From a virus, in the IMG/VR virus record IMGVR_UViG_3300032287_002972, positions 103,991 through 167,990 of that record: a stretch of 64,000 bases of DNA; one strand, 5' to 3'. Each line of letters begins with the position of its first letter. Within the stretch, counting starts at the first letter, position 1. Positions 27,856 to 36,590 of this stretch are shown here, piece after piece. Below the pieces are notes generated by a model that saw only the letters and a list, made by a program, of their open reading frames with translations, was not told where the DNA came from and did no database searches. Both the position numbers and the translations under genes were made by a program.

Positions 27856-28013
27856 AATATCTCCTGTTTTATTTGAGAATATATTAAATTACGGATTTCA
27901 TTCCATATTTTAAAACGTAATTTAATATGTAATTGTTCACTTAACTTATCATGTACTTTACCATACATGTGAGAATCTAATCGAGTGTTAATATAATCAC
28001 TTACTGATTTCAT
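27852..28013 (-). CDS. QVxx array protein (53 aa, not in track)
   Basis: MKSVSDYINTRLD... Confidence 0.65.
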   Translation of the reverse strand: MKSVSDYINTRLDSHMYGKVHDKLSEQLHIKLRFKIWNEIRNLIYSQIKQEIL

Positions 28014-28171
28014 AACGTGTTTTGTTTTATTTGTTTATAAATTTGTATTTGTACTTGATTCCATATTTGATCACGTACCTTGTTATTCACTTGGTGAATT
28101 AACTTATCATGTTTTAAAACATATAAAAAACCATCTAATCGAGTGTTAATGTGATTACTTAATTTTTTCAT
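28010..28171 (-). CDS. QVxx array protein (53 aa, not in track)
   Basis: MKKLSNHINTRLD...KQNTL. Confidence 0.65.
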   Translation of the reverse strand: MKKLSNHINTRLDGFLYVLKHDKLIHQVNNKVRDQIWNQVQIQIYKQIKQNTL

Positions 28172-28373
28172 ATTGATTTATATATTTTTCCATTACGATT
28201 TCACGTACAGGATCAACCAATTGAATATCCACTTGTTCATTTACATTATCGTACAGTTGTTCAACTACTTGGTTACATATTTTAAAATGTATTTGTAATA
28301 TCATTCGTACATACATTTCGTCATATACCCTACCGGATATTTTATCGTACACTTGTTTGTCAACCGATTTCAT
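28155..28373 (-). CDS. QVxx array protein
   Basis: array member. Confidence 0.7.
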   Translation of the reverse strand: MKSVDKQVYDKISGRVYDEMYVRMILQIHFKICNQVVEQLYDNVNEQVDIQLVDPVREIVMEKYINQYEKIK

Positions 28374-28394
28374 AATAAGTTTTGTTTTAGTCGA

Positions 28395-28625
28395 TTACCT
28401 AATGATACGTAATAAGTCAGGAACACGTAATTGAATACTCGTTTTATATGTGTTGTTTTTTATTTCCCTATATATCTGTACTTGCACTTGATTACGCATC
28501 TCATGATATATTTTGGTTTTTATTTGTTTAAATGGTTGAACATCAAATTGATTAAAAAAAACATCATCATGTAAACGTATATCGTGACGAATTTGTTTAT
28601 AAATCTTATCTTTTACAGGATTCAT
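28395..28625 (-). CDS. QVxx array protein (frameshifted C-terminus)
   Basis: array member. Confidence 0.65.
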   Translation of the reverse strand: MNPVKDKIYKQIRHDIRLHDDVFFNQFDVQPFKQIKTKIYHEMRNQVQVQIYREIKNNTYKTSIQLRVPDLLRIIR

Positions 28626-28821
28626 ATGTTTCTGTTTGTTTTATTACTTCAATATATACTTGAGCATGTAATTGACTAAATACTTGTAGACGTATCTGTT
28701 CATGAACTATATTACCCATATACATATATACTTTCTGACTCACTCGATTATATATTTTCTCGTCCCCTATGTTACGTACTTTATATACTCGACGTGAAAT
28801 TCTATCTTTTACCGAATTCAT
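28606..28821 (-). CDS. QVxx array protein
   Basis: array member. Confidence 0.7.
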   Translation of the reverse strand: MNSVKDRISRRVYKVRNIGDEKIYNRVSQKVYMYMGNIVHEQIRLQVFSQLHAQVYIEVIKQTETYESCKR

Positions 28822-29023
28822 GTGTACGTCTTTTATTACGTAATAAAGAAGAAATTACCTGAATATATATTGTAATCTCCACTTGACGAAGCATTAAAAC
28901 ACGTATTTGGTTCTCTACTTGATATTCTATTGAACTATCCACTTGTCTCCGTATTTGGTTATACAGTTTGTCACGTATATGAAAACGGATTTTATTACCA
29001 ATGTTATCACTTAGTGCTTTCAT
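28802..29023 (-). CDS. QVxx array protein
   Basis: array member. Confidence 0.7.
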   Translation of the reverse strand: MKALSDNIGNKIRFHIRDKLYNQIRRQVDSSIEYQVENQIRVLMLRQVEITIYIQVISSLLRNKRRTHEFGKR

Positions 29024-29232
29024 ATTGAAATGTTTTGTTCTACGTTCCTAAATACTTGTCTATATGTTTGTAGACGAGATTCTCTTTCTATTTCTTCATT
29101 CATATGGTCAAACAATTCTTGTGATATTTCGTCACCAACACTATCCTGTATTTGATTTAAGAATTTATCACGTACTTGATAACTTATTTGGTGACTTAGT
29201 TTTACATAATTTTTTTTACATACTGATTTCAT
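29020..29232 (-). CDS. QVxx array protein
   Basis: array member. Confidence 0.7.
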   Translation of the reverse strand: MKSVCKKNYVKLSHQISYQVRDKFLNQIQDSVGDEISQELFDHMNEEIERESRLQTYRQVFRNVEQNISI

Positions 29233-29417
29233 ATGGATATATTTTGTTTTAGTGGTAAAGTCATTTGACTAAATAGTTGATTATCTATTATACTATATAG
29301 TTTTTCAGACACATTATTACTTACTTGTCGAGATACATTACCCTGTATTTCTTCAATCATTTGATCCCATACTTTTTGTATTGGTGATTCAAGAGTTTTT
29401 TTATTCACTCCATTCAT
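29229..29417 (-). CDS. QVxx array protein
   Basis: array member. Confidence 0.7.
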   Translation of the reverse strand: MNGVNKKTLESPIQKVWDQMIEEIQGNVSRQVSNNVSEKLYSIIDNQLFSQMTLPLKQNISI

Positions 29418-29419
29418 AT

Positions 29420-29506
29420 CTATCCGTTTCGTCTTATTTGAGAATTTACTTGGGTGATTACTTGGTCATGTATTTTTCTTAATGGTTTACTATATGTTGA
29501 TTTCAT
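29420..29506 (-). pseudogene. truncated array member (28 aa)
   Basis: MKSTYSKPLRKIHDQVITQVNSQIRRNG*. Confidence 0.5.
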
Positions 29507-29745
29507 AAAAAAAATCTATAAGACGATAAATCAGTTACACATACTTGGTTCAGTACTTGACGAAACACTTGTTCATATACTTGACCCGACATTTCTTCAC
29601 CTACTTGTTTACGTACTTGTTCACTTACTTCAAGTTTTACTTTATCACATATTTGGTTACTTACTTGATTAGTTACTCTACGACCTATTCTATTTTTTAT
29701 TTTAAGATTTACTAATTTCATATGTTTTGTTTTGTCTGATTCCAT
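29503..29745 (-). CDS. QVxx array protein
   Basis: array member. Confidence 0.65.
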   Translation of the reverse strand: MESDKTKHMKLVNLKIKNRIGRRVTNQVSNQICDKVKLEVSEQVRKQVGEEMSGQVYEQVFRQVLNQVCVTDLSSYRFFL

Positions 29746-29906
29746 ACTTGTTCACTCACTTGTTCGAACACCTCACGATATATTTGACCGTATGACTGTG
29801 TAACTACTTTCTCACATGCACGTATACGTACTTCATAATACATGTCATTATGTAATATTTTATGTAATGGATTAATAACTTGGTCACTCACTGGTTTCAT
29901 ATACAT
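29718..29906 (-). CDS. QVxx array protein
   Basis: array member. Confidence 0.7.
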   Translation of the reverse strand: MYMKPVSDQVINPLHKILHNDMYYEVRIRACEKVVTQSYGQIYREVFEQVSEQVWNQTKQNI

Positions 29907-30111
29907 AAAAATATGTGTTTAATTTTAATTGGTTAGTTACTTGTTCCTGTACTTGGTCATTTATTTCATCATATACTTTTCTAATTACTTGAAAATTTAC
30001 ATCAACATCTATATGGTCATGTAGTTTTTCGTTTAGTTTATCAAGTACTTTCTCACTAATTTCTTTATTTGCTAAATTCATATAAATTTTTTTTATGGTC
30101 ACGTACTTCAT
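29884..30111 (-). CDS. QVxx array protein
   Basis: array member. Confidence 0.65.
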   Translation of the reverse strand: MKYVTIKKIYMNLANKEISEKVLDKLNEKLHDHIDVDVNFQVIRKVYDEINDQVQEQVTNQLKLNTYFYVYETSE

Positions 30112-30316
30112 TACTTACCTTAAAAAATATTTGACCCCACACTTGGTCAAGTATTTTATTACGTACCTGATTATGTACTTGGTCATATAATTGAATACAT
30201 ACTTGTTCAGATGTTTGAACCTCTACCTTACATATATAATCACGTACTTTTTCATATACTTGGACACGTACATGTTTACATACTTCGTTATGTAGTTGGT
30301 GACTTAATGGTTTCAT
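30065..30316 (-). CDS. QVxx array protein
   Basis: array member. Confidence 0.7.
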   Translation of the reverse strand: MKPLSHQLHNEVCKHVRVQVYEKVRDYICKVEVQTSEQVCIQLYDQVHNQVRNKILDQVWGQIFFKVSNEVRDHKKNLYEFSK

Positions 30317-30608
30317 ATATGTATGTTTTACTTATTTGGGATCGTAATTGATTACGTAAATGTTCATATATATTAGTACGTGGTCCCATATATATGTTAT
30401 CACGTAAATTATTATTTACTCGACCACATACTTTAGTGAACACTTCATCATGTAATTGGTTACGTACATCAATATGCGTTGTATAACCTATTTCTTTCCA
30501 TAATTGTTCATATACTCGATTAATTATGTGATAATATGTTTGTTCAGATATTCGATCACGTACCGATTTCATATGATTGGTTATGTATTTGAATACGTAG
30601 ATTATCAC
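30288..30608 (-). CDS. QVxx array protein (start probably MKSVRDR)
   Basis: array member. Confidence 0.65.
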   Translation of the reverse strand: MIIYVFKYITNHMKSVRDRISEQTYYHIINRVYEQLWKEIGYTTHIDVRNQLHDEVFTKVCGRVNNNLRDNIYMGPRTNIYEHLRNQLRSQISKTYIYETIKSPTT

Positions 30609-30741
30609 GTATTTGTTGATGTGTTTCTAAACTATACCTTCGATGTAATCTATTCCATACTAAATAATCCATTTTGAAAAATATTTTATTAAGTACCTGT
30701 TCACGTACTTTAGTATTTATTCGATCACGTACCGATTTCAT
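30556..30741 (-). CDS. QVxx array protein
   Basis: array member. Confidence 0.7.
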   Translation of the reverse strand: MKSVRDRINTKVREQVLNKIFFKMDYLVWNRLHRRYSLETHQQIRDNLRIQIHNQSYEIGT

Positions 30742-30959
30742 ATCGATTGGTTTTTATACATCTTACGTACATCATACCATAATCGATTAGTTATTTGGTC
30801 ATATACTTGATTATACACTTCATTACATATTCGAACTCGGATTCGACTATTCACTTGATTCCATACATTAGTACGTAATTCTTTACCTAATGATTCTTCT
30901 AATGTATCAACAATTTCATCACGTACTCGATTATACATCAATAGACTTACTGATTTCAT
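30738..30959 (-). CDS. QVxx array protein
   Basis: first gene after the internal promoter. Confidence 0.75.
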   Translation of the reverse strand: MKSVSLLMYNRVRDEIVDTLEESLGKELRTNVWNQVNSRIRVRICNEVYNQVYDQITNRLWYDVRKMYKNQSI

Positions 30960-30984
30960 ATTAAAATGTTTTTTTTTATTATCA

Positions 30985-31016
30985 CAAATGTAATAATAAA
31001 ATCTTAATTATCCAAA
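30985..31016 (-). promoter_or_regulatory. Bacteroidota-type promoter inside the array
   Basis: minus strand TTTG-N20-TACATTTG. Confidence 0.75.
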
Positions 31017-31032
31017 CTTATTTTTTTTAATT

Positions 31033-31263
31033 TTACAAATGATGTATTGATATGTTTTGTAGTATATTAGTATGTAATTGAACTTCAGTTTGTTTAATTA
31101 AAATTTGGTTTAGTTTGTCATATACTTTTCTACGTACTTGGTCGTCTATTTGAATATCCGATAGAGTACGTGAGTGTTCATCCATGTTTTCGGTCAATTG
31201 GTCATTCAATCGTTCCCATATTTTACTAACATGTTTAAGTAGTTGTTCGTTCACTGTTTTCAT
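31033..31263 (-). CDS. QVxx array protein
   Basis: array member. Confidence 0.7.
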   Translation of the reverse strand: MKTVNEQLLKHVSKIWERLNDQLTENMDEHSRTLSDIQIDDQVRRKVYDKLNQILIKQTEVQLHTNILQNISIHHL

Positions 31264-31480
31264 TTGATATACTTTGTTTTACAATAGATATTTGTCCCCA
31301 TATTTGTTTACGTATTCTATCACGTATTCTGTCGTATAGTTGATCTTCCACTTTGTCATTTATTTGGTCATATAACCTATCACGTATTTGTCTAAATATA
31401 TTATCATGTAGTTTAATATCGACCCGTTTATCTATTCGATTATACACTTGGTCGTATATTACTTTACTCACCGATTTCAT
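31235..31480 (-). CDS. QVxx array protein
   Basis: array member. Confidence 0.7.
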   Translation of the reverse strand: MKSVSKVIYDQVYNRIDKRVDIKLHDNIFRQIRDRLYDQINDKVEDQLYDRIRDRIRKQIWGQISIVKQSISNENSERTTT

Positions 31481-31653
31481 AATTTTATGTTTTCCTTTAC
31501 AGTGTTACTTATTCTGTCAGTTGATCGAAACCACATTTTTTTCGATACTTGATTCCACACATGAGTATATAATTGATTAGCCAATTTATTATATACGTCA
31601 TTAGTTAGTTTATCAATTATCATATCACTTATTTTAATATTTACTCGTTTCAT
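31477..31653 (-). CDS. QVxx array protein (58 aa, not in track; near-duplicate of the 31853 gene)
   Basis: MKRVNIKISDMIIDKLTN...ENIKL. Confidence 0.7.
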   Translation of the reverse strand: MKRVNIKISDMIIDKLTNDVYNKLANQLYTHVWNQVSKKMWFRSTDRISNTVKENIKL

Positions 31654-31856
31654 AATGTTACCCTTTCTTCTATTTCCATTTGTTCTTCTAATGGTATCAT
31701 TAATTGGTCAGATATTTGTAATAGTACTTCACGCTCAATTTGTTCTTCTACTTGAATACGTACTTTGTAATGTACCGAATTATGTACTAAGTTACGAAAT
31801 TTATAACGTATTTGGTCACGAATATTAAGCATAACTTCACTAGACGCCATTTTCAT
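31650..31856 (-). CDS. QVxx array protein
   Basis: array member. Confidence 0.7.
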   Translation of the reverse strand: MKMASSEVMLNIRDQIRYKFRNLVHNSVHYKVRIQVEEQIEREVLLQISDQLMIPLEEQMEIEERVTL

Positions 31857-32065
31857 AATTTTATATTTTCATTTACAGTATTACTTATTCTGTCAGATGG
31901 TCGAAACCACATTTTATTCGATACTTGATTCCACACATGAGTATTTATTTGATTAACCAATTTATTATATACACCATTAGTTAGTTTATCAATTATCATA
32001 TCACTTATTTTAATCTTTACTCGTTCCATAATGATAAATCTAATTGAGTAATTATTTGACCCCAT
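31853..32065 (-). CDS. QVxx array protein
   Basis: array member. Confidence 0.65.
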   Translation of the reverse strand: MGSNNYSIRFIIMERVKIKISDMIIDKLTNGVYNKLVNQINTHVWNQVSNKMWFRPSDRISNTVNENIKL

Positions 32066-32217
32066 ATTTGGTCAGTTATTTGAACACGTACTCGATTTTC
32101 TGTCTCCTTCCATATTTGGTCATATACTTGGACATTCATTACATTATATGCACGTTTAGTTATTTCTCTACGTTCAGGTATTCGTTTATATATTATTTCA
32201 TTTGATACTGATTTCAT
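32017..32217 (-). CDS. QVxx array protein
   Basis: array member. Confidence 0.7.
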   Translation of the reverse strand: MKSVSNEIIYKRIPERREITKRAYNVMNVQVYDQIWKETENRVRVQITDQIWGQIITQLDLSLWNE

Positions 32218-32414
32218 AATGGTAAATTTAGTTTTATTTGAAAAACCCCTAGGTCATGTACATTTCTCCGTAATTGATTATGCGTTCCATTAAACACTTC
32301 CATAACCAAATCACTACTAAATTTATTACTTACATGGTCAAACATACCAATACATACTTTACAATATATATGTTGATATGTTTTATCTCTTACTCGTATT
32401 TTTCTTATTTTCAT
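32214..32414 (-). CDS. QVxx array protein
   Basis: array member. Confidence 0.65.
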   Translation of the reverse strand: MKIRKIRVRDKTYQHIYCKVCIGMFDHVSNKFSSDLVMEVFNGTHNQLRRNVHDLGVFQIKLNLPL

Positions 32415-32617
32415 AGTGATATGTTTCGGGTTACTTGTTGAAATAATTGTTCACTTACCTGACCCCATATAACCTCATTTAATCTTTTACGAACATCCTT
32501 AAGTACTTGACTACTCACTTCATCATACACTCTTTGTTTAAACCTTAGATTATTCCACATTTTCAAATGTATTTCTTCTTGTGTTTTATTTTTTTTTTTC
32601 GTTTCATATTGATCCAT
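32411..32617 (-). CDS. QVxx array protein
   Basis: array member. Confidence 0.65.
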   Translation of the reverse strand: MDQYETKKKNKTQEEIHLKMWNNLRFKQRVYDEVSSQVLKDVRKRLNEVIWGQVSEQLFQQVTRNISL

Positions 32618-32801
32618 TTTGTTTAAAATGAGTTTTCATTTGATGATACATTTGACCTCTTAGTTGGCTAATTCCTCTAACCATTAATTCGTTACGAATT
32701 CGATTATATGTTTCATCACCTATTTGAGTTTCGACTTCAAACAAGAATTGATTTAGTGTTTTGGAACACTTACTAAATATTTTATTCCTTACTCTTTTCA
32801 T
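32604..32801 (-). CDS. QVxx array protein
   Basis: array member. Confidence 0.65.
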   Translation of the reverse strand: MKRVRNKIFSKCSKTLNQFLFEVETQIGDETYNRIRNELMVRGISQLRGQMYHQMKTHFKQNGSI

Positions 32802-32817
32802 GTGTGTCGTTTATTCT

Positions 32818-33009
32818 CTATCTGGAACGTATTTGTATAAGTATGTTACCATAAACTTGATTATGTATTTTAAACCATAATTCAGCAAATAAAGTACCAC
32901 GTACTTGATGATATATTCGTTCACTTAAATGTTTTACTGTTTTATTATGTGACCAATTATACATTTTATAGTGTATTTGTTCATACATTTCTCTACTTAC
33001 AGATTTCAT
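32818..33009 (-). CDS. QVxx array protein
   Basis: array member. Confidence 0.65.
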   Translation of the reverse strand: MKSVSREMYEQIHYKMYNWSHNKTVKHLSERIYHQVRGTLFAELWFKIHNQVYGNILIQIRSR

Positions 33010-33194
33010 ATTTTTATATTTTCAATTAATATATTTCGTAACCCAATAATATGTTCGTGAGTTATTGGAACCACTATATTACTACGTACATGTGCCCATA
33101 CAGCATAACTTAATTTATCGTACACAGTTTTGTGTGCGTCATAAGAATAACATACTTTAACTCGATTATATATTTGTTCTTCAACTGACTTCAT
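33006..33194 (-). CDS. QVxx array protein
   Basis: array member. Confidence 0.65.
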   Translation of the reverse strand: MKSVEEQIYNRVKVCYSYDAHKTVYDKLSYAVWAHVRSNIVVPITHEHIIGLRNILIENIKI

Positions 33195-33379
33195 AATTTT
33201 ATGTTTTCCGCTACAATACCTACCATTTGAATCATTACTTGGTCAAATATTTTTTTCTCTGTTTGGTGACACATATCATTATATACATGTCTATTTATTT
33301 TACCGTATATTTTATTACACATTTTAGATGCACAATAATCATATACTTTTTTTTTAATTAAATATTTCGTATCATTCAT
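33191..33379 (-). CDS. QVxx array protein
   Basis: array member. Confidence 0.65.
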   Translation of the reverse strand: MNDTKYLIKKKVYDYCASKMCNKIYGKINRHVYNDMCHQTEKKIFDQVMIQMVGIVAENIKL

Positions 33380-33573
33380 AATTTAATGTTACTTTTTACT
33401 CGGTTAAAAAATCTACTATGTACTTGATTTGATATTTTACTACCTACTCGTTCATCTACTTGGTCAAATACATTACCACTAATTTTTCCATATACTTGTT
33501 CATGTACTTCGTCATATAATAGAAACCACACTTTATGTACTTGAATACCTAATCTAACACTTACTTGTTTCAT
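33376..33573 (-). CDS. QVxx array protein
   Basis: array member. Confidence 0.7.
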   Translation of the reverse strand: MKQVSVRLGIQVHKVWFLLYDEVHEQVYGKISGNVFDQVDERVGSKISNQVHSRFFNRVKSNIKL

Positions 33574-33770
33574 TATTTTATATTGTTTTTTATATCAATT
33601 GTAATATTAGGGACATTATTGTCAAATAAAACAATGAGTGTATGGAAATATATCTGACCATTTACACCACATAACAATGTGGTGCTCATTTTATTACGAG
33701 AACCACCACTAAAGAACCCTAATTTTTCATTCACTTGAGATTCAATATTTTTCATACTTTCAGATTCCAT
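33573..33770 (-). CDS. array protein (divergent)
   Basis: array member. Confidence 0.6.
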   Translation of the reverse strand: MESESMKNIESQVNEKLGFFSGGSRNKMSTTLLCGVNGQIYFHTLIVLFDNNVPNITIDIKNNIK

Positions 33771-33940
33771 TTTATTTGACGAAATATTTGGTTGTGTAAT
33801 TGGTTATTTATACATATAGTAATATTATTTTCTACATGTATACATACAACAAAAGGCACATGTTTGTTTACAATTGAAATGAGTGGTTTCTGTACTTCAC
33901 TCCATATGATTCTTTGAGGTACTTCTAAAGATGTTATCAT
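33752..33940 (-). CDS. array protein (divergent)
   Basis: first gene after promoter. Confidence 0.6.
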   Translation of the reverse strand: MITSLEVPQRIIWSEVQKPLISIVNKHVPFVVCIHVENNITICINNQLHNQIFRQIKWNLKV

Positions 33941-33963
33941 GATATATTATCGTTTTGTTAAGA

Positions 33964-33995
33964 CAAAGATAGGTCGAATGTTTCACATAACCAAA
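33964..33995 (-). promoter_or_regulatory. Bacteroidota-type promoter inside the array
   Basis: minus strand TTTG-N20-TATCTTTG. Confidence 0.8.
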
Positions 33996-34013
33996 TTAAT
34001 AACTTGAACCTTA

Positions 34014-34214
34014 TCATTTTTTTTGTTGTTCATTCTTAATTTGGTCAAGTATGGGTCTATATAATTGTTCACTTACTTGGGTATTCACGTAAATATGTAC
34101 ATCAGAAACTAACTTACCTTGTATCCTTATAGAGACACTATTAAACAAATCCTCATATATTTTGTGACGTATAGAACTAATATCTTTACGTAGTGATTCG
34201 TTAAAGTTCTTCAT
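34014..34214 (-). CDS. array protein
   Basis: array member. Confidence 0.65.
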   Translation of the reverse strand: MKNFNESLRKDISSIRHKIYEDLFNSVSIRIQGKLVSDVHIYVNTQVSEQLYRPILDQIKNEQQKK

Positions 34215-34282
34215 AATGTTTTATTTACAACCATATTAATAATAACTTGGTTACGTATTTGATTATACAATAAATGATATGA

Positions 34283-34471
34283 CTAATCTTCTTTTTCATA
34301 TTCTTTATATAATGAAACAAGAGATAAATTATAATTCCTATTAGGGATAAATAATTTAGTCTGAATAGTGTCTCTTACATGATAATTAACATTAGAACAT
34401 ATCGCTTTACTGTGAATATACATTATTTTATTCACCAAAATGTCGCTAATTATTTTTTGAAAATTATTCAT
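34283..34471 (-). CDS. array protein (divergent)
   Basis: array member. Confidence 0.6.
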   Translation of the reverse strand: MNNFQKIISDILVNKIMYIHSKAICSNVNYHVRDTIQTKLFIPNRNYNLSLVSLYKEYEKED

Positions 34472-34476
34472 ATTAT

Positions 34477-34713
34477 TTATGGTTTAATATTTTTTAACGA
34501 ATAAATATTTTCACTTTCAACCTTATTTGGGTAAATATTATTCACATCTTTCCATACTGTGTCCATATGTATACTCACGTCAATCATTACATCATTACAA
34601 ACTTTTTCTCTAGATAATAAAATAATATCAGATAGAAATTTATGCATCTTGTTATCAATAACCTTCTCAATCTTTTTCATTTTTTTATCAATCTTGTTTA
34701 TAACACTTTTCAT
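34477..34713 (-). CDS. array protein (divergent)
   Basis: array member. Confidence 0.6.
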   Translation of the reverse strand: MKSVINKIDKKMKKIEKVIDNKMHKFLSDIILLSREKVCNDVMIDVSIHMDTVWKDVNNIYPNKVESENIYSLKNIKP

Positions 34714-34898
34714 GGTTTAACATTTTGTTTTACTTGAACATATGATTTATCACTAACCTGTTCAAATACTTCTCCATGAATATCATCATATATTTGTGTA
34801 TGTAATTTATCAGAAAATTTCTTATCTAATAATTTATGTATATGTCTATACACACTTTTAATTAACCGATTACGTATTTTAGTTCTCAAATTCTTCAT
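34710..34898 (-). CDS. array protein
   Basis: array member. Confidence 0.65.
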   Translation of the reverse strand: MKNLRTKIRNRLIKSVYRHIHKLLDKKFSDKLHTQIYDDIHGEVFEQVSDKSYVQVKQNVKP

Positions 34899-35089
34899 CG
34901 TTCATATTTTTTTCTAAATTTAATATCATAATAAACTCTATTCTTAGTTAAATTGGATATGCTATTAATCACAGTTTTATTATTCACTTTATTATAGATT
35001 TTACTACCCACAGTTTCAAAAAATTCTGCATGGTTAGGTTTAATTTTAAGTCCGATGATATCTGATATTTTAATTCTTATATTATTCAT
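34895..35089 (-). CDS. array protein (divergent)
   Basis: array member. Confidence 0.6.
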   Translation of the reverse strand: MNNIRIKISDIIGLKIKPNHAEFFETVGSKIYNKVNNKTVINSISNLTKNRVYYDIKFRKKYER

Positions 35090-35093
35090 AATG

Positions 35094-35321
35094 TTATTTT
35101 TTTTTTAATAGATTTAATTTATTTGTTTTTAAGAAATAAAAAACATGTAAAATTAACACTATTGTATTAACAACAATTATCGGAAATTCTTGTTTATAAA
35201 GACCATAAAATACCCAAACAACACACGCCATCGCGTTAATAAATCTTATCTTGTTCTCACCTTTTGGGATAAAAGAAATTATTGTTAATGAAGTTGCTAA
35301 CCAACCAATGTAATTAATCAT
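35094..35321 (-). CDS. small 3-TM membrane protein (PQ-loop/YgjV-like)
   Basis: IGWLA..L.IISF, R.IN...C.VWV.YG, P.IV.N. Confidence 0.65.
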   Translation of the reverse strand: MINYIGWLATSLTIISFIPKGENKIRFINAMACVVWVFYGLYKQEFPIIVVNTIVLILHVFYFLKTNKLNLLKKK

Positions 35322-35328
35322 AATTAAT

Positions 35329-35778
35329 TTATATACTGTTAAAAAAATCATTGTTTTTAAAAATCAAGACAATAAAATCTAAGACAGAATCATCTAAAGG
35401 TTTATAGATATCACCTTGTATTGTCTGAAATAATAATATAACACATTCCTTGTCCCCCATTTCAGATAGAACATCGTATGGAACAGTTTCAATACCTTTT
35501 CTTTTTAAAATAACATTTATATCGAAAGAACACTTTGGTTGAATGTAATTTACAGGTATGTCAAGTTTCATCTTAAACAACTGATCACATTTCTCATAGT
35601 CCTCAATTTTTTCAAACTCTTTGATTAATACAGATAACCCTGAATTATATGTAATCATATTAAATTTACTAACACCATCGGTTATATATTTATAGTACAT
35701 ATATTCCACATTATCCATTTCTTTAGATAATGTTAAGTACATTGAATTATTTGTAAATAGTTCATCCATGAAACTCAT
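35329..35778 (-). CDS. hypothetical protein (EDYEKC UVR-like motif)
   Basis: ORF. Confidence 0.65.
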   Translation of the reverse strand: MSFMDELFTNNSMYLTLSKEMDNVEYMYYKYITDGVSKFNMITYNSGLSVLIKEFEKIEDYEKCDQLFKMKLDIPVNYIQPKCSFDINVILKRKGIETVPYDVLSEMGDKECVILLFQTIQGDIYKPLDDSVLDFIVLIFKNNDFFNSI

Positions 35779-36109
35779 TGTTTTCCTTTTTTTTCTTGTA
35801 ATATTGTCGTTGTCTCTCCAATATTTTTTCTCTATTATTTTGATAATATTTTTTTTGTGTATCCTTTTTTTTACTTTTCTTTAAAATAATACTCTCTTTG
35901 TTTTTCTCATAATACTCTTTTTGTCTTTCCAAGAATTTTTCCTTATTCTCCAAATAATATAAACGTCTTTTGTTTTTCAATTTCTCTTTAGAATATTGAG
36001 ACATATTATGATAATACTCTAACCTATCTTTCTTGTGTTTTTCCTTCTCCTCCTCATTCATACTGAGATATCTTTCTCTAAAGTATTGTTTTCTTTCTTC
36101 AGTTTTCAT
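35762..36109 (-). CDS. basic helical repeat protein (YYxxNKE repeats)
   Basis: Low-complexity K/E/Y repeats. Confidence 0.65.
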   Translation of the reverse strand: MKTEERKQYFRERYLSMNEEEKEKHKKDRLEYYHNMSQYSKEKLKNKRRLYYLENKEKFLERQKEYYEKNKESIILKKSKKKDTQKKYYQNNREKILERQRQYYKKKKENNEFHG

Positions 36110-36175
36110 ATTAATCTATTTAAAATAAAAAAAGGGACATATAAAAATTATATGTCCCATGTAAGAAGAAAGATA

Positions 36176-36565
36176 TTAATCAATCACTCTCTTCTTAACA
36201 TTTTCCAAGGGGTCGAACCTTGTTTGAATGTCCACGTAGTATTTACCCGGTGGTACAATCGTGTGACGGTGGTCCTTCTTTGTTGTCACAACAGGTTTAT
36301 CCAATGTGATTCCAAGACCTTGTAACTCGGACTGTAAAGAGTGATTTAAAATACACTCCTCATGTGCTTCGATTACGAAACCACCGTTATCGTACTCGTA
36401 GATATCGTAGTTACCGAACAGAGCGTGGAAGCTACCAGATCTCTCTGACGCTGCAATGTACTGCTTTGTAACTTTTTTAATACCTTTGGGGAGTTCCTTC
36501 ACTTTGAAGAACTGAACATCACCCTGATGAAAACTAACGTTTTCGAACTTTAATTTGTTTTTCAT
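36176..36565 (-). CDS. HQGDV-motif His-rich protein (DUF6745 partner)
   Basis: HQGDV, SERSGSFH, LNH, DH, PPGKY, Q..FDP. Confidence 0.75.
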   Translation of the reverse strand: MKNKLKFENVSFHQGDVQFFKVKELPKGIKKVTKQYIAASERSGSFHALFGNYDIYEYDNGGFVIEAHEECILNHSLQSELQGLGITLDKPVVTTKKDHRHTIVPPGKYYVDIQTRFDPLENVKKRVID

Positions 36566-36590
36566 GAAAAACGGTTTTATATATAAATAT

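Larger units (their letters stand above)
19247..35089 (-). repeat. tandem array of about 80 paralogous small ORFs (QVxx tetrad family)
   Basis: 69 track ORFs plus 11 shorter ones translated by hand; MKxV start, Q-[VIL]-x-x repeats, KQNI end, mostly ATGA overlaps. Confidence 0.93.

Noticed and set aside
19421-31580. Plus-strand ORFs in the array (e.g. 21112, 21565, 24438, 27292)
   Set aside because: Antisense shadows of the periodic minus-strand genes (TYLF-type repeats) with no expression signals.
19247-35089. CRISPR array or non-coding satellite
   Set aside because: No constant repeat with unique spacers. The repeats are in-frame 12-nt units inside ORFs with conserved starts and stops.
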